Source of the DNA: Reyranellaceae bacterium
Lineage (GTDB): Bacteria; Pseudomonadota; Alphaproteobacteria; Reyranellales; JAQSWP01
Direction of reading: 5' to 3'
Assembly: GCA_050181585.1 (NCBI GenBank)
Contig: JBFXDA010000003.1
Location: 80,607-144,606 of the forward strand
Length of the DNA stretch: 64,000 bases
How positions within the stretch are numbered: position 1 is the first letter of the stretch; every line of letters begins with the position of its first letter. Below are positions 1 through 9,115 of the stretch, in pieces. The notes under the pieces were generated by a model, which saw only the letters and a program-made list of their open reading frames with translations, searched no databases and was not told the DNA's origin. The translations under genes were made by a program, and so were the position numbers.

Positions 1-73
1 TTCGGTGGTTGTTCCGCCGGCCCTGAGGCCGTATATGGGCGGGCTGGAGCGGATCGAGCCCTCCTCGACGTAG
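1..73 (+). CDS. serS: 3' end of seryl-tRNA synthetase (partial, enters from left edge)
   Basis: Frame starting at nt 2 reads SVVVPPALRPYMGGLERIEPSST then TAG at 71-73. The LRPYMGG C-terminal motif and position just upstream of surE-pcm fit SerS. Only 23 codons are visible. Confidence 0.5.
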   Translation, partial: SVVVPPALRPYMGGLERIEPSST

Positions 74-105
74 CGCGGGTTCGCCGGGAACAAGAAGGAA
101 GATTC

Positions 106-888
106 ATGACACGCGGGCGCATCGATCTGGCCAAGGCGCGCATTCTGGTCACCAACGACGACGGCATCAACGCGCCGGGACTGGACTGCCTGGTCAAGAT
201 CGCCCGCGAGTTGTCCAACGACGTCTGGGTGATGGCGCCCGAACGCAACCAGTCCGGCGCCAGCCATTCGCTGACGCTCTCCAACCCGCTGCGCTACCGC
301 GAGGTCGGCGAGCGCAAGTTCGCGCTCGACGGCACGCCGACCGATTGCGTGCTGTTCGCCGCCCGCCACCTGCTGTCGGACCATCCGCCCGATCTGGTGC
401 TGTCCGGCGTCAACCGCGGCGCCAACATGGCTGACGACGTGACCTATTCCGGGACTATCGCCGGCGCCATGGAAGGCTGCATGCTGGGCATCTCCTCGAT
501 CGCGCTGAGCCTGGCCTTCACCCACGACCAGCCGCTGAAATGGGAGACGCCGGAGCGCCATGCGCCCAAGGTGATCCGCAAGCTGGTGTCGGTCGAGTGG
601 CCGCGCGAGATGCTGCTGAACGTCAACTTCCCCGACGTCGAGCCCAAGGACGTCAAGGGCGTGAAGGTGACCGGCCAGGCCCATATCGACATGATGATGG
701 ACATCGTCGAGCGCACCGATCCGCGCGGCGGCACCTATTACTGGCTGACCTACGCCCGCGGCCAGACCGAGCCGGCCGAGGATTCCGACCTGGCGGCGGT
801 GCGCGCCGGCTACGTGTCGGTGACGCCGCTGCATCTGGACCTCACCCACAAGGCGGCGCAGAAGAAGCTCGCGCACCTGTTCGAATGA
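106..888 (+). CDS. surE: 5'/3'-nucleotidase SurE
   Basis: 260 aa. N-terminal ILVTNDDGINAPGL and GTPTDCV motifs are typical of SurE. AAGGAAG RBS lies before ATG 106. Confidence 0.9.
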   Translation: MTRGRIDLAKARILVTNDDGINAPGLDCLVKIARELSNDVWVMAPERNQSGASHSLTLSNPLRYREVGERKFALDGTPTDCVLFAARHLLSDHPPDLVLSGVNRGANMADDVTYSGTIAGAMEGCMLGISSIALSLAFTHDQPLKWETPERHAPKVIRKLVSVEWPREMLLNVNFPDVEPKDVKGVKVTGQAHIDMMMDIVERTDPRGGTYYWLTYARGQTEPAEDSDLAAVRAGYVSVTPLHLDLTHKAAQKKLAHLFE

Positions 889-1535
889 GCCGGCACGCGG
901 CCAAGATCCGCCTGATCATGGAGCTGCGCCGGTCGGGCATCACCGACACGCGCGTGCTGGCGGCGATCGAGCGCATCCCGCGCGAGGAATTCGTGCTGCC
1001 GACCTTCGCCGACCAGGCCTACGAGAACCTGGCGCTGCCGATCGGCCACGGCCAGACCATCTCCCAGCCCTATGTCGTGGCCTTCATGACCCAGGCGCTG
1101 CAGGTCGAGGAGCGGATGAAGGTGCTGGAGGTCGGCACCGGCTCGGGCTATCAGGCGGCGGTGCTGTCCAAGATGTGCCGCCGGCTCTACACCATCGAGC
1201 GTTACCGGCCGCTGGCCGAGGATTCGGAAAAGCGCCTGCAGCGCCTGCGTTGCCACAACGTGGTGGTGCGGGTGGCCGACGGCACCAAGGGCTGGCGCGA
1301 GCAGGCGCCGTTCGACCGCATCATCGTCACCGCCGCCGGCCGCGAAGTGCCGCCGGCCCTGCTGGAGCAGCTCAACGAGGGCGGCGTGCTGGTCATGCCG
1401 ATGGGGCCGGATCCGCTGAACCAGAGCATCGTGCGCATCACCAAGACGGCGCGCGGGCTGGAGAAGGAGAACCTGCTGCCGGTGCGCTTCGTGCCGCTGG
1501 TGCCCGGCGCGCTGCCCGAAGCCAGCGACTTCTAG
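885..1535 (+). CDS. pcm: protein-L-isoaspartate O-methyltransferase
   Basis: MSRHAAKIRLIMELR... with the SAM motif VLEVGTGSGYQAAVL. ATG 885 overlaps the surE stop (ATGA). The ORF-track start at 540 is a spurious 5' extension inside surE. Confidence 0.9.
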   Translation: MSRHAAKIRLIMELRRSGITDTRVLAAIERIPREEFVLPTFADQAYENLALPIGHGQTISQPYVVAFMTQALQVEERMKVLEVGTGSGYQAAVLSKMCRRLYTIERYRPLAEDSEKRLQRLRCHNVVVRVADGTKGWREQAPFDRIIVTAAGREVPPALLEQLNEGGVLVMPMGPDPLNQSIVRITKTARGLEKENLLPVRFVPLVPGALPEASDF

Positions 1536-1536
1536 A

Positions 1537-2403
1537 TCAACCGAAACGCCGGGCCAGTTCGCGCGCCAGCAGGCCGGCCGGCGAGGCCAGCTCCTCCAGA
1601 ATCGAGAAATGATTCTTGCCGGGCAGCGGCAGGACCGCGCCGTCGAGCCCGGCATCGCGCCAGGCGGCGGCGAAATCCCGCGACTGGCGCTGCAATTCGG
1701 GCAGTTCGCTTTCGCCATAGGCCACCACCAGCGCTCCGGCGCGCGCGGGCAGATGCGCCAGCGGGCTGAGCGCTGCGGCTTCGTCGGGCGTCAGCCGCAG
1801 CTTCTCGTTCAATACGCCCAGCCGGATCGGCTCCAGGTCGAATATGCCGGAGATCGCCAGGCCGGCATCGACCTCGCGCCAAGCCATGGCGGTGGCGGCA
1901 AGATGGCCGCCGGCCGACCAGCCGGCGACGATCAGCCGGCCGGTGGCGATGCCCAGCGCCGGCCCTTGCAGGCGCAGCCAGGCGATGGCGGCGCGGATCT
2001 CGGCCACGATTTCGGTCAGCGAGGCGGCCGGCGCCAGCGTGTAGCCCGGCAGCGCCACGTCGAAGCCGTAGGCCAGCGGCCCCTCGGCCATGCAGGAGAA
2101 GACTTCCTTGGAATTGCGCTGCCAGTAGCCGCCATGGACGAAGACCAGCAGCGGCGCTTTCGCCTGGCCGCAGCGGAACAGGTCGAGGCGGTTGCGCTGG
2201 CGCGGGCCGTAGGGCAGGTCGAGGTGCTGCGGCTGGCGCGCGCGCAAATCGGCGCTGCGCCGGCTCCAGTCGGCCAGGCGGGCGGCGCTGTCGGAGACGG
2301 CGCCGCTGTTGTCGTAGGCGGCGTCGAGTGCGGCGCGGGTGAAGCCGCGCCAGACGATGGCATCACCCGTGGCCGGCTCGGTGGGCGGCGGCATCTGCAG
2401 CAT
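1537..2403 (-). CDS. alpha/beta hydrolase (fold-3 esterase / arylformamidase-like)
   Basis: 288 aa from MLQMPPPT. Has the VFVHGGYW oxyanion motif and the GWSAGGH nucleophile elbow. The upstream part of track ORF 1537..3144 overlaps the ABC ATPase gene in another frame and is rejected. Confidence 0.7.
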   Translation of the reverse strand: MLQMPPPTEPATGDAIVWRGFTRAALDAAYDNSGAVSDSAARLADWSRRSADLRARQPQHLDLPYGPRQRNRLDLFRCGQAKAPLLVFVHGGYWQRNSKEVFSCMAEGPLAYGFDVALPGYTLAPAASLTEIVAEIRAAIAWLRLQGPALGIATGRLIVAGWSAGGHLAATAMAWREVDAGLAISGIFDLEPIRLGVLNEKLRLTPDEAAALSPLAHLPARAGALVVAYGESELPELQRQSRDFAAAWRDAGLDGAVLPLPGKNHFSILEELASPAGLLARELARRFG

Positions 2404-2411
2404 GCGCCGCC

Positions 2412-3191
2412 TCAGGCCGCGACGCGGGCGTGATGCGAGTGCAGCTTCAGTCCCAGGGTCCGGCGCAGCTCGTTGAAGTCGGGCGCGGCCACGTCGCGCG
2501 GGCGCGGCAGCGCGATGGCGATGTCCTCGTCGATGCGGCCGGGGCCGGGCGACATGACGATGACCCGGTTGGACAGGAAGATCGCTTCCTCGATCGAGTG
2601 GGTGACGAACAACACCGTCAGCCCGGTGCGCTGCCACAGCTCCAGCAATTCGTCCTGCAGCCGCTCGCGCGTCATGGCGTCGAGCGCGCCGAACGGCTCG
2701 TCCATCAGCACCATTTCGGCGTCGTTGGCCAGCACGCGGGCGATAGCGACGCGCTGCTTCATGCCGCCGGAGAGTTGGTGCGGATAGGCGTCGGCGAATT
2801 TGGTCAGCCCGACCATGTCGACGAAATGGTCGACCGTCTCCTTCACTTCCGACCGGGCCCGGCCGCGCGAGGCCGGACCGAAGCCGATATTGGCGCGCAC
2901 CGAGAGCCAAGGAAACAGGCCGTAGTCCTGGAACACCATGCCGCGGGTCGGGTCGGGCCCGGCGATGGGCTTGCCCCACATCAGCGCCTGGCCGGTGGTG
3001 GTGCCCTCGAAGCCGGCGACGATGCGCAGCAGGGTGGATTTGCCGCAGCCCGAGGCGCCGATCAGGCAGACGAACTCGCCCTTGGCGACCTCGAGATTGG
3101 CGCCGCGCAGGGCCTCGATGCGCTTGCCGTTGACGTCGAAGCACTTGCCGACGTCCTGCAGGGAAAGGATGGGAATCGTTGCCTCAGGCAT
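2412..3191 (-). CDS. ABC transporter ATP-binding protein (nitrate/sulfonate/taurine NitT family)
   Basis: Walker A GASGCGKST, signature LSGGMKQR, Walker B MVLMDEPF. Its start overlaps the permease stop by 8 nt. Confidence 0.9.
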   Translation of the reverse strand: MPEATIPILSLQDVGKCFDVNGKRIEALRGANLEVAKGEFVCLIGASGCGKSTLLRIVAGFEGTTTGQALMWGKPIAGPDPTRGMVFQDYGLFPWLSVRANIGFGPASRGRARSEVKETVDHFVDMVGLTKFADAYPHQLSGGMKQRVAIARVLANDAEMVLMDEPFGALDAMTRERLQDELLELWQRTGLTVLFVTHSIEEAIFLSNRVIVMSPGPGRIDEDIAIALPRPRDVAAPDFNELRRTLGLKLHSHHARVAA

Positions 3192-4038
3192 GGTTGGGAC
3201 TCCAGGAAAGCAGGCGGCGGCCCAGCAGCATGACCAGCCGGTCGGAGATGAAGCCGGCGACGCCGATCGTCACCATGCCGCAGATCACGATCTCGGTGCG
3301 CGAGAGCTGGCGGGCCTCCATGATCATGGCGCCCAGCCCGGTCGGCACGCCGGTCATCTCGCCGATCACGATCACCACCCAGGCGAAGCCCAGGCCCAGC
3401 CGCAGCCCGGTGAAGATCGCCGGCAGCGAGGCGGGCAGCACCACCTTGGCGAATTGCGCGCCGCCCTGGCAGCCCAGCATCGAGGCGGCCTCGAACAGGC
3501 GCTGCTCGACCGAGCGCACGCCGAACACGGTGTTGACCAGGATCGGATAGAAGGCGCCCAGGAACACCAGCGAGAAGGCCGAGCGCGGGCCGATGCCGAA
3601 GATGATCATCGCCAGCGGCAGCCAGGCGGTGACCGGGATCGGCCGCAGGATCTGCAGCATGGGATCGATGAGCTGGCGCACCAGCGGCACCCGCCCGATC
3701 ATCAGCCCCAGCGGCAGCGCCACCAGCACCGCCAGCGCGAAGCCGCCATAGACGCGGGTGACGGAGGCGATGACGTGGGTCAGCAGCGTGGCGGAGAAGG
3801 CGTCGTCGTGGATGCCGCCGAAGGCCAGGTCCCACAGCGCCCGCGCCACCTCCGCCGGCGGCGGGATCAGCGAGAACGCCCGGCCCTCGGTGGTGACGTG
3901 CCACAGCGCCAGGATGACCAGCGGCACCGCCAGCGCCAGCGCCGGCCCCTTCAGGCGCCCCAGGTCGAGGCCGGGGCGGCGGGGCCGGCTCTGCGTCGAG
4001 AGAGCCGGCGCGGGATTGGTGTCGGCCACCGAGCTCAT
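3184..4038 (-). CDS. ABC transporter permease (SsuC/TauC-like)
   Basis: 284 aa polytopic membrane protein with an EAA-like loop (FEAASMLGCQGGAQFAKVVLPASLP). ATGA overlap with the binding-protein gene. Confidence 0.85.
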   Translation of the reverse strand: MSSVADTNPAPALSTQSRPRRPGLDLGRLKGPALALAVPLVILALWHVTTEGRAFSLIPPPAEVARALWDLAFGGIHDDAFSATLLTHVIASVTRVYGGFALAVLVALPLGLMIGRVPLVRQLIDPMLQILRPIPVTAWLPLAMIIFGIGPRSAFSLVFLGAFYPILVNTVFGVRSVEQRLFEAASMLGCQGGAQFAKVVLPASLPAIFTGLRLGLGFAWVVIVIGEMTGVPTGLGAMIMEARQLSRTEIVICGMVTIGVAGFISDRLVMLLGRRLLSWSPNHA

Positions 4039-5003
4039 GCCCGGCCCTTGGTCATGGCGTCGACCACGGAGGTGTCGAAGAAGACGGCGAAATCGGGCAG
4101 CTGCTTGATCTGCTTCAGCTCCAGCATGTGCTGGGCGTAGGTCTTGGCCTGGGTCTTCTCCAGTTCGCCGAAGCGCCAGGTCAGGTCGACGTTGGGCGCG
4201 GAGACCTCGATGGCTTCCTTCTTCTGGCCCAGCTTGGCCACCGCCATCGCCACCATCTCGCTCTTGTTGGCCATGGCGTAGTCGGAAGCCTTGGCGTGGA
4301 TGTCGAGGATCACCTTGGTGATCTCCGGCTTCTCCTTCAGCGTGTCGCGATGGGCGCCGAACACCATGTTCAGTGAGCCCATGGTGGTGCCGTAGGGATA
4401 TTCCACGATCTTGCCGACGCCGGAGGAGACGCTGACCCCAGGCGCCGGCTCGGCGCCGACATAGGCGTCGACGTCGCCGCGCGCCAGCGCCAGGTGCATC
4501 TCGGAGAAGGAGATGCGCACCGGCGTGATGTCCTTAACCGACATGCCTTCCATGCGCAGCCGCTCGAAGATGAACACCTCCTGGGTCGAGCCCGGCCAGA
4601 TGGCCACCCGCTTGCCCTTGAGGTCCTTGATCGAGGCGATCGGGCTGTCCTTGCCGGCGACCACGCCCATGCCCTTGTTGCAGGCCGAGGCGATGACCAC
4701 GATCGGCTCGCCGGCGGCCGCGCCCAGCGTGGCGGCGGCGATACCGAACATCCCGTAATCGACCGACTTGGTGACGACCGCGTTCTTGCCTTCGGTCGGG
4801 CTCTCGAACGGCACCACCTCGACCTTGTAACCGGCCGGGGTGAACTTGTCGTAGAAATAGGGCGCGATGGAGTGGATCAGCTTCAACGCCCCCATCTTGA
4901 TGACGACGGGCTGCGATTGGGCGCGCACGAAGGGCGCGGCGAGCAGGGTGCTGCCGGCTGCGGCGGCGGCACTGGCGGCGAGGAACTTGCGGCGGTTCAG
5001 CAT
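4035..5003 (-). CDS. periplasmic substrate-binding protein (NMT1/SsuA-like) with Tat-type signal
   Basis: Start chosen at MLNRRKFLAASAAAAAGSTLLAAPFVRAQ (AAGGAG RBS on the minus strand just upstream). The track start at 5123 adds 40 unlikely residues. Confidence 0.75.
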   Translation of the reverse strand: MLNRRKFLAASAAAAAGSTLLAAPFVRAQSQPVVIKMGALKLIHSIAPYFYDKFTPAGYKVEVVPFESPTEGKNAVVTKSVDYGMFGIAAATLGAAAGEPIVVIASACNKGMGVVAGKDSPIASIKDLKGKRVAIWPGSTQEVFIFERLRMEGMSVKDITPVRISFSEMHLALARGDVDAYVGAEPAPGVSVSSGVGKIVEYPYGTTMGSLNMVFGAHRDTLKEKPEITKVILDIHAKASDYAMANKSEMVAMAVAKLGQKKEAIEVSAPNVDLTWRFGELEKTQAKTYAQHMLELKQIKQLPDFAVFFDTSVVDAMTKGRA

Positions 5004-5043
5004 GGTCTGTCTCCTTAGGATCTGGGTGAGGCGGTTTTCCGTT

Positions 5044-6903
5044 TCAGGCGGCCTTGTCTTGGGAGGCGAGGTATGCGCGCCAGCCTCCATGCGCGGTGAT
5101 GTCGGCGGCGCCGGCCAGCGCATGGGCCTCGCAGAGAAATCCCTTCACCTGTCGCCCGTCCTGCAGGGCTATGGTGCCGATGCCGAGCGGCGGAGGGATT
5201 TCGGCGACGAAGCTGCCGAAGCCGGCGGCGTCCAGGCTCCACAATTCGAGTTCGATGCCGCCGGCACCGCCGTCGCGCGCCAGCCCCGGCTTGGCCGGCG
5301 CGGTGTTGGCCAGGGCATAGAGGCTGTAGCCGGCGGCGGTGCGGGCGGCGCCGGCGAAGCGGGCGTTGCGGCTGGTGAGTTGATGGTTGAGCGGCTGGCC
5401 GCCGAGATGGGCGCCGACCACCGCCAGGGTGATGCGCGTGTCGTCGGCCGGAACCGCGGCAAGGGGGGCGGCAGCGGCCAGCGCGGTGCGGCTGGCGGCC
5501 AGCCTGGCGTCGGCGTCAGCGCGATGCAGGCGGTCGCCGATCGACGCCAGCCGGCCGTCGCTGAAGGCGGGGCCGACCAGCGTGACGCCGGTCGGCAGGC
5601 CATCCGCGCCCAGGCCGGAGGGGACGGCCAGCGCGGCCAGGTCCATCAGGTTCACGAAATTGGTGAAAAGACCGAGGCGCGAATTCAACGCCACCGGATC
5701 GGCGCGCATGGCGGCGATGGTGGGATGGTCGGGCGCGGTGGGCAGCAGCAGGAAATCGAGCGCGTCCCACACCGGTTCGACCTGGCGGATCAGCGCGGCC
5801 AGACGATACTGCGCGGCGAAGGCGTCGGCGGCGGAGTGGTTGTGCGCTGAGAGCACGATGTCTCGCACCACCGGATGGATCGACAGCGGTTGCCGCGCGG
5901 CGAAGTCGGAGATGGCGGCCAGGCGCTCGGCCACCCAGGGGCCGGCATAGAGCAGCGAGGCGGCTTCCTCGAACGGCGCATAGTCGACGGGCACGGCGAC
6001 GCCGCCCTGGTGCTCCAGCACGGCGACGGCCCAGCGATAGCGGGCGGTGACGGCCGGGGCGCAGCGCGCCAGCGTGGCCTCGTCGACGATGCCGAAGCGG
6101 CTGGCGGCCGGTGCGGGGCCCGACCACAGGTCGGCCGGCGCGCGGCGTGCGAAGGGATCGGCCGGATCGTAAGCGGCGGCGATGCCGGCGACCAGGCGGG
6201 CATCGGCGACGCTCATGGCGAAGACCGAAACGCAGTCCAGGCTGCGGCAGGCCGGCACCACGCCGGACGCGCTTAAGAGGCCCCTTGTGGGTTTCAGGCC
6301 GACCAGGTTGTTGAAGGCCGCGGGCACGCGGCCGGAGCCGGCGGTGTCGGTGCCCAGCGCGAAGGGCACCGTCAGGTCGCCGACCGCCACGGCGGACCCG
6401 GAGCTGGAGCCGCCCGACACGCGGCTGGCGTCGAACACCGAAGCCGGCGCGCCATAGGGCGAGCGCGTGCCGTTCAGCCCGGTGGCGAACTGGTCGAGAT
6501 TGGTCTTGCCGACCGGAATGGCGCCGGCGGCGATCAGCCTGTCGACCACGAAGGCCGAACGCTGCGGCAGATAGGCGAAGGCGGGGCAGGCGGCGGTGGT
6601 GGGCAGGCCGGCGACGTCGATATTGTCCTTCACGGCGAAGGGAATGCCGTAAAGCGGCAGATCCCCGCCGGCCTTCAGCCTGGCCGTCGCCTGCGCCAGC
6701 AGTGCGAGTGCCGCCGCGCGCGGCAGCAGGGAAATCCAGACCGGCGCCGTGCCCCGGGCCTCGATGCGATCGAACAGCGCCGCCAGGTCGGCGGCCGCGT
6801 CCCGTCCGGCGCGATACGCCGCCACCCGGCTCGGGATGTCCGGAAATTCGGCGGGCGGGAAGGCGGCTGGCACGATGTCGGCCCCGGTTATTGTGCGATG
6901 CAC
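5044..6903 (-). CDS. allophanate hydrolase (amidase-signature domain plus AtzF-type C-terminal domain)
   Basis: 619 aa, GTG start. Amidase signature GGSSSGSAVAV and GTDTAGSGRVPAA. C-terminal ...GIGTIALQDGRQVKGFLCE region is typical of allophanate hydrolases. Confidence 0.8.
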   Translation of the reverse strand: MHRTITGADIVPAAFPPAEFPDIPSRVAAYRAGRDAAADLAALFDRIEARGTAPVWISLLPRAAALALLAQATARLKAGGDLPLYGIPFAVKDNIDVAGLPTTAACPAFAYLPQRSAFVVDRLIAAGAIPVGKTNLDQFATGLNGTRSPYGAPASVFDASRVSGGSSSGSAVAVGDLTVPFALGTDTAGSGRVPAAFNNLVGLKPTRGLLSASGVVPACRSLDCVSVFAMSVADARLVAGIAAAYDPADPFARRAPADLWSGPAPAASRFGIVDEATLARCAPAVTARYRWAVAVLEHQGGVAVPVDYAPFEEAASLLYAGPWVAERLAAISDFAARQPLSIHPVVRDIVLSAHNHSAADAFAAQYRLAALIRQVEPVWDALDFLLLPTAPDHPTIAAMRADPVALNSRLGLFTNFVNLMDLAALAVPSGLGADGLPTGVTLVGPAFSDGRLASIGDRLHRADADARLAASRTALAAAAPLAAVPADDTRITLAVVGAHLGGQPLNHQLTSRNARFAGAARTAAGYSLYALANTAPAKPGLARDGGAGGIELELWSLDAAGFGSFVAEIPPPLGIGTIALQDGRQVKGFLCEAHALAGAADITAHGGWRAYLASQDKAA

Positions 6904-6956
6904 ACAGGGTTATGGACCGGAGCGTTGCCGTCTATTGCTTGTTTCTGACCATGCTG

Positions 6957-6971
6957 TTGCCTAAAGTGCAA
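6957..6971. promoter_or_regulatory. candidate LysR-type (T-N11-A) dyad TTGC-N7-GCAA in the divergent intergenic region
   Basis: ttgcctaaagtgcaa lies 19 nt before the LysR ATG, next to its AGGAGG RBS. The inner TGC-N7-GCA fits the generic LTTR box. Confidence 0.3.
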
Positions 6972-6989
6972 CAGGAGGCAGGATCGGCG

Positions 6990-7895
6990 ATGAAGCACCT
7001 GAAAACCCTGCACTGTATCGGCGACATCGCCCGCTCGGGCTCGATCCGCAAAAGCGCCGAGCGGCTGGCGATCACGCCCTCGGCGCTGACGCGCAAGATC
7101 CAGGATTTCGAGCAGGAGCTGGGCACGCCGATCTTCGAGCGTTTGCCGCAGGGCATGCGGCTCAATCCGGCCGGCGAACTGGTGCTGCGCCACATCCGCG
7201 ACCAGATGTCGGATTTCGAACGCATCAAGTCGCAGATCGCCGATCTGTCGGGCGTGCGGCGCGGCCATGTCGCGGTGGCGTGCAGCCAGGCCTTCGCCCA
7301 CGACCTGATCCCCAGCGAGATCGAGAGATATCGCGCCCAGCATCCGTTGGTGTCGTTCAACGTGCTGGTGCGCGACCACGTGCATGCGGTCGAGGCGCTG
7401 ATCAATTTCGAAGCCGACATCGCGGTCGTGCTGCAGCCGCCGCCGGCGCCGGAAGTCCAGCCGCTGCTGGTGCTGCGCCAGCCGCTCTGCGCCATGATGA
7501 GTGCGGCCCATCCGCTGGCGCGCAGCGGCGGTCCGGTGCGGCTGCGCGACTGCCTGCGCTATCCCGTCGCCATGCCGGGAAGATCGCTGGCGATCCGCCA
7601 CCTGCTGCAAGGAGCGCTGGTGCGCGCCTCGCTGCCGGTGCAGGTGGCGATCGAATCGGATTCCTTCGAAGTGCTGCGCTCCTACGCCGAGCGCGAGCAC
7701 GTGGTGTCGTTCCAGATCAGGGGCGGCATTCCGTTCCAAAGCGGCAATCTGGTGGCGCGCGAACTGGACGAGCGCGATTTGCCGCAGGCGCAGCTGGTGC
7801 TGGCGCAGCTGCGCGGCCGCTCGCTGTCGGTGGCGACGTCGAAATTCGTCAACCAGATCTCCGGCACCCTGCACTCGCGCTATGGCGAGGCCTGA
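6990..7895 (+). CDS. LysR-family transcriptional regulator
   Basis: MKHLKTLHCIGDIARSGSIRKSAERLAITPSALTRKIQDFEQELG is a canonical LTTR HTH. AGGAGG RBS. Divergent from the allophanate hydrolase operon. Confidence 0.85.
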   Translation: MKHLKTLHCIGDIARSGSIRKSAERLAITPSALTRKIQDFEQELGTPIFERLPQGMRLNPAGELVLRHIRDQMSDFERIKSQIADLSGVRRGHVAVACSQAFAHDLIPSEIERYRAQHPLVSFNVLVRDHVHAVEALINFEADIAVVLQPPPAPEVQPLLVLRQPLCAMMSAAHPLARSGGPVRLRDCLRYPVAMPGRSLAIRHLLQGALVRASLPVQVAIESDSFEVLRSYAEREHVVSFQIRGGIPFQSGNLVARELDERDLPQAQLVLAQLRGRSLSVATSKFVNQISGTLHSRYGEA

Positions 7896-8002
7896 GCGGT
7901 CGCAGTTTTTCCCCAATTGCCGGCCACGCTGGATTCACAATCGGGGCGAATTGGGCTAAAGGGTTGGCGCGGCTTCCCGCAACGGCGACGAAGGTGATTG
8001 CG

Positions 8003-8962
8003 ATGCGCTTCAATGCGATGCGGCTGCTGGCCCGGGCGCTGGTCCCGGTGCTGGCCCCAGTGCTGGCGCTGAGCCTGGCGGCCGGCTGCTCGGTCTACGA
8101 CAAGGTGGTCTATTCCGGCCGCGCCGGCACCGTCGAACAGCCGGGCTCGGCCGCCGAAGCCGGCACGCCGGCGATCTACGTGGTCGCCGGCGGCGACACG
8201 GTGAACGGCATCGCCCGCCGCTTCAACGTCGCGCCCCAGACCATCATCGAGCGCAACAACCTGCAGCCGCCCTACACCATCCGCACCGGCCAGTGGCTGG
8301 AGGTTCCGGCCTCGGGCGCGGCCATGGCGGCGGCGCCCGCGCCGGCCTCGACGGGGATGATCACGCCGGGCAGCGTCTCCTCCGAACCGCTGCCGCCGCC
8401 TTCGGACGCGGGCTCGACCGCGGTTTCTCCGGCGCCGGCTGCCTCGCCGCCAAGCTCGGCCGGCGCGCCGACCAGCGTGACGCCGGCAGCGCCGCCGGCG
8501 ACGGCAGCACCGGCCGCCCCGTCAGCGCCGGCGGTAGCGCCGGCCACGCAGACCGCGGCGCGTCCGGCGCCGGTTCCCAGCGGGCCGGTGAGGTTCGACT
8601 GGCCGTTGCGCGGCCAGATCGTTTCGGGCTTCGGCCCGCAGTCGGGCGGGGTGCAGAACGACGGCATCAACATCGCCGCCGCGCGCGGCACGCCGGTGAA
8701 GGCGGCGGCCGCCGGCAACGTGCTCTATGCCGGCGAGGAAGTGCGCGGCTTCGGCAAGCTGGTGCTGATCGGCCATGCCGACGGCTACGTGACGGCCTAT
8801 GCCCACAACGACGAATTGAACGTCGTGCGCGGCGCGTCGGTGGCCCCGGGCCAGGTGATCGCCAAAGTCGGCCAGAGCGGCAACGTCACCAGCCCGCAGC
8901 TCCACTTCGAGATCCGCCAGCGCAACAAGGCGATCGATCCGCTGCCGCTGCTGGGGCAGTGA
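8003..8962 (+). CDS. nlpD: LysM/M23 (LytM) lipoprotein, NlpD-like amidase activator
   Basis: Lipobox LSLAAGC, LysM (YVVAGGDTVNGIARRFNV...), a Pro/Ala/Ser linker and a C-terminal LytM domain ending LHFEIRQRNKAIDPLPLL. The HxxxD zinc motif is replaced (NDGIN), as in the E. coli NlpD as I recall it. Confidence 0.8.
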   Translation: MRFNAMRLLARALVPVLAPVLALSLAAGCSVYDKVVYSGRAGTVEQPGSAAEAGTPAIYVVAGGDTVNGIARRFNVAPQTIIERNNLQPPYTIRTGQWLEVPASGAAMAAAPAPASTGMITPGSVSSEPLPPPSDAGSTAVSPAPAASPPSSAGAPTSVTPAAPPATAAPAAPSAPAVAPATQTAARPAPVPSGPVRFDWPLRGQIVSGFGPQSGGVQNDGINIAAARGTPVKAAAAGNVLYAGEEVRGFGKLVLIGHADGYVTAYAHNDELNVVRGASVAPGQVIAKVGQSGNVTSPQLHFEIRQRNKAIDPLPLLGQ

Positions 8963-8976
8963 AGCGGTCGCTCAAG

Positions 8977-9100
8977 TCACCCTCGTCCTGAGGAGCGAGC
9001 GTTAGCGAGCGCCTCGAAGGACAGGCTGCACAATCTGTACTGGACCCGATCCTTCGAGACGCCGGACTTCGTCCGGCTCCTGGGGATGAGGGGAGTGTGA
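8977..9100. repeat. intergenic imperfect-palindrome repeat (GTCCTGAGGAGCG...CGCCTCGAAGGAC type) with CACCCTCGTCC / GGATGAGGGGAGTG termini
   Basis: The ends are inverted repeats of each other. The internal motif recurs in inverted form at 47495..47610. The termini resemble those of the 52686/59633 repeat family. Confidence 0.6.
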
Positions 9101-9115
9101 AGTCGGTCGGAAACG

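Noticed and set aside
2404-3144. N-terminal 247 residues of track ORF 1537..3144, which would make a 535-aa hydrolase.
   Set aside because: This part overlaps the ABC ATPase gene in another frame and is Arg/Pro/Gly-rich. The hydrolase domain is complete from MLQMPPPT at 2403.
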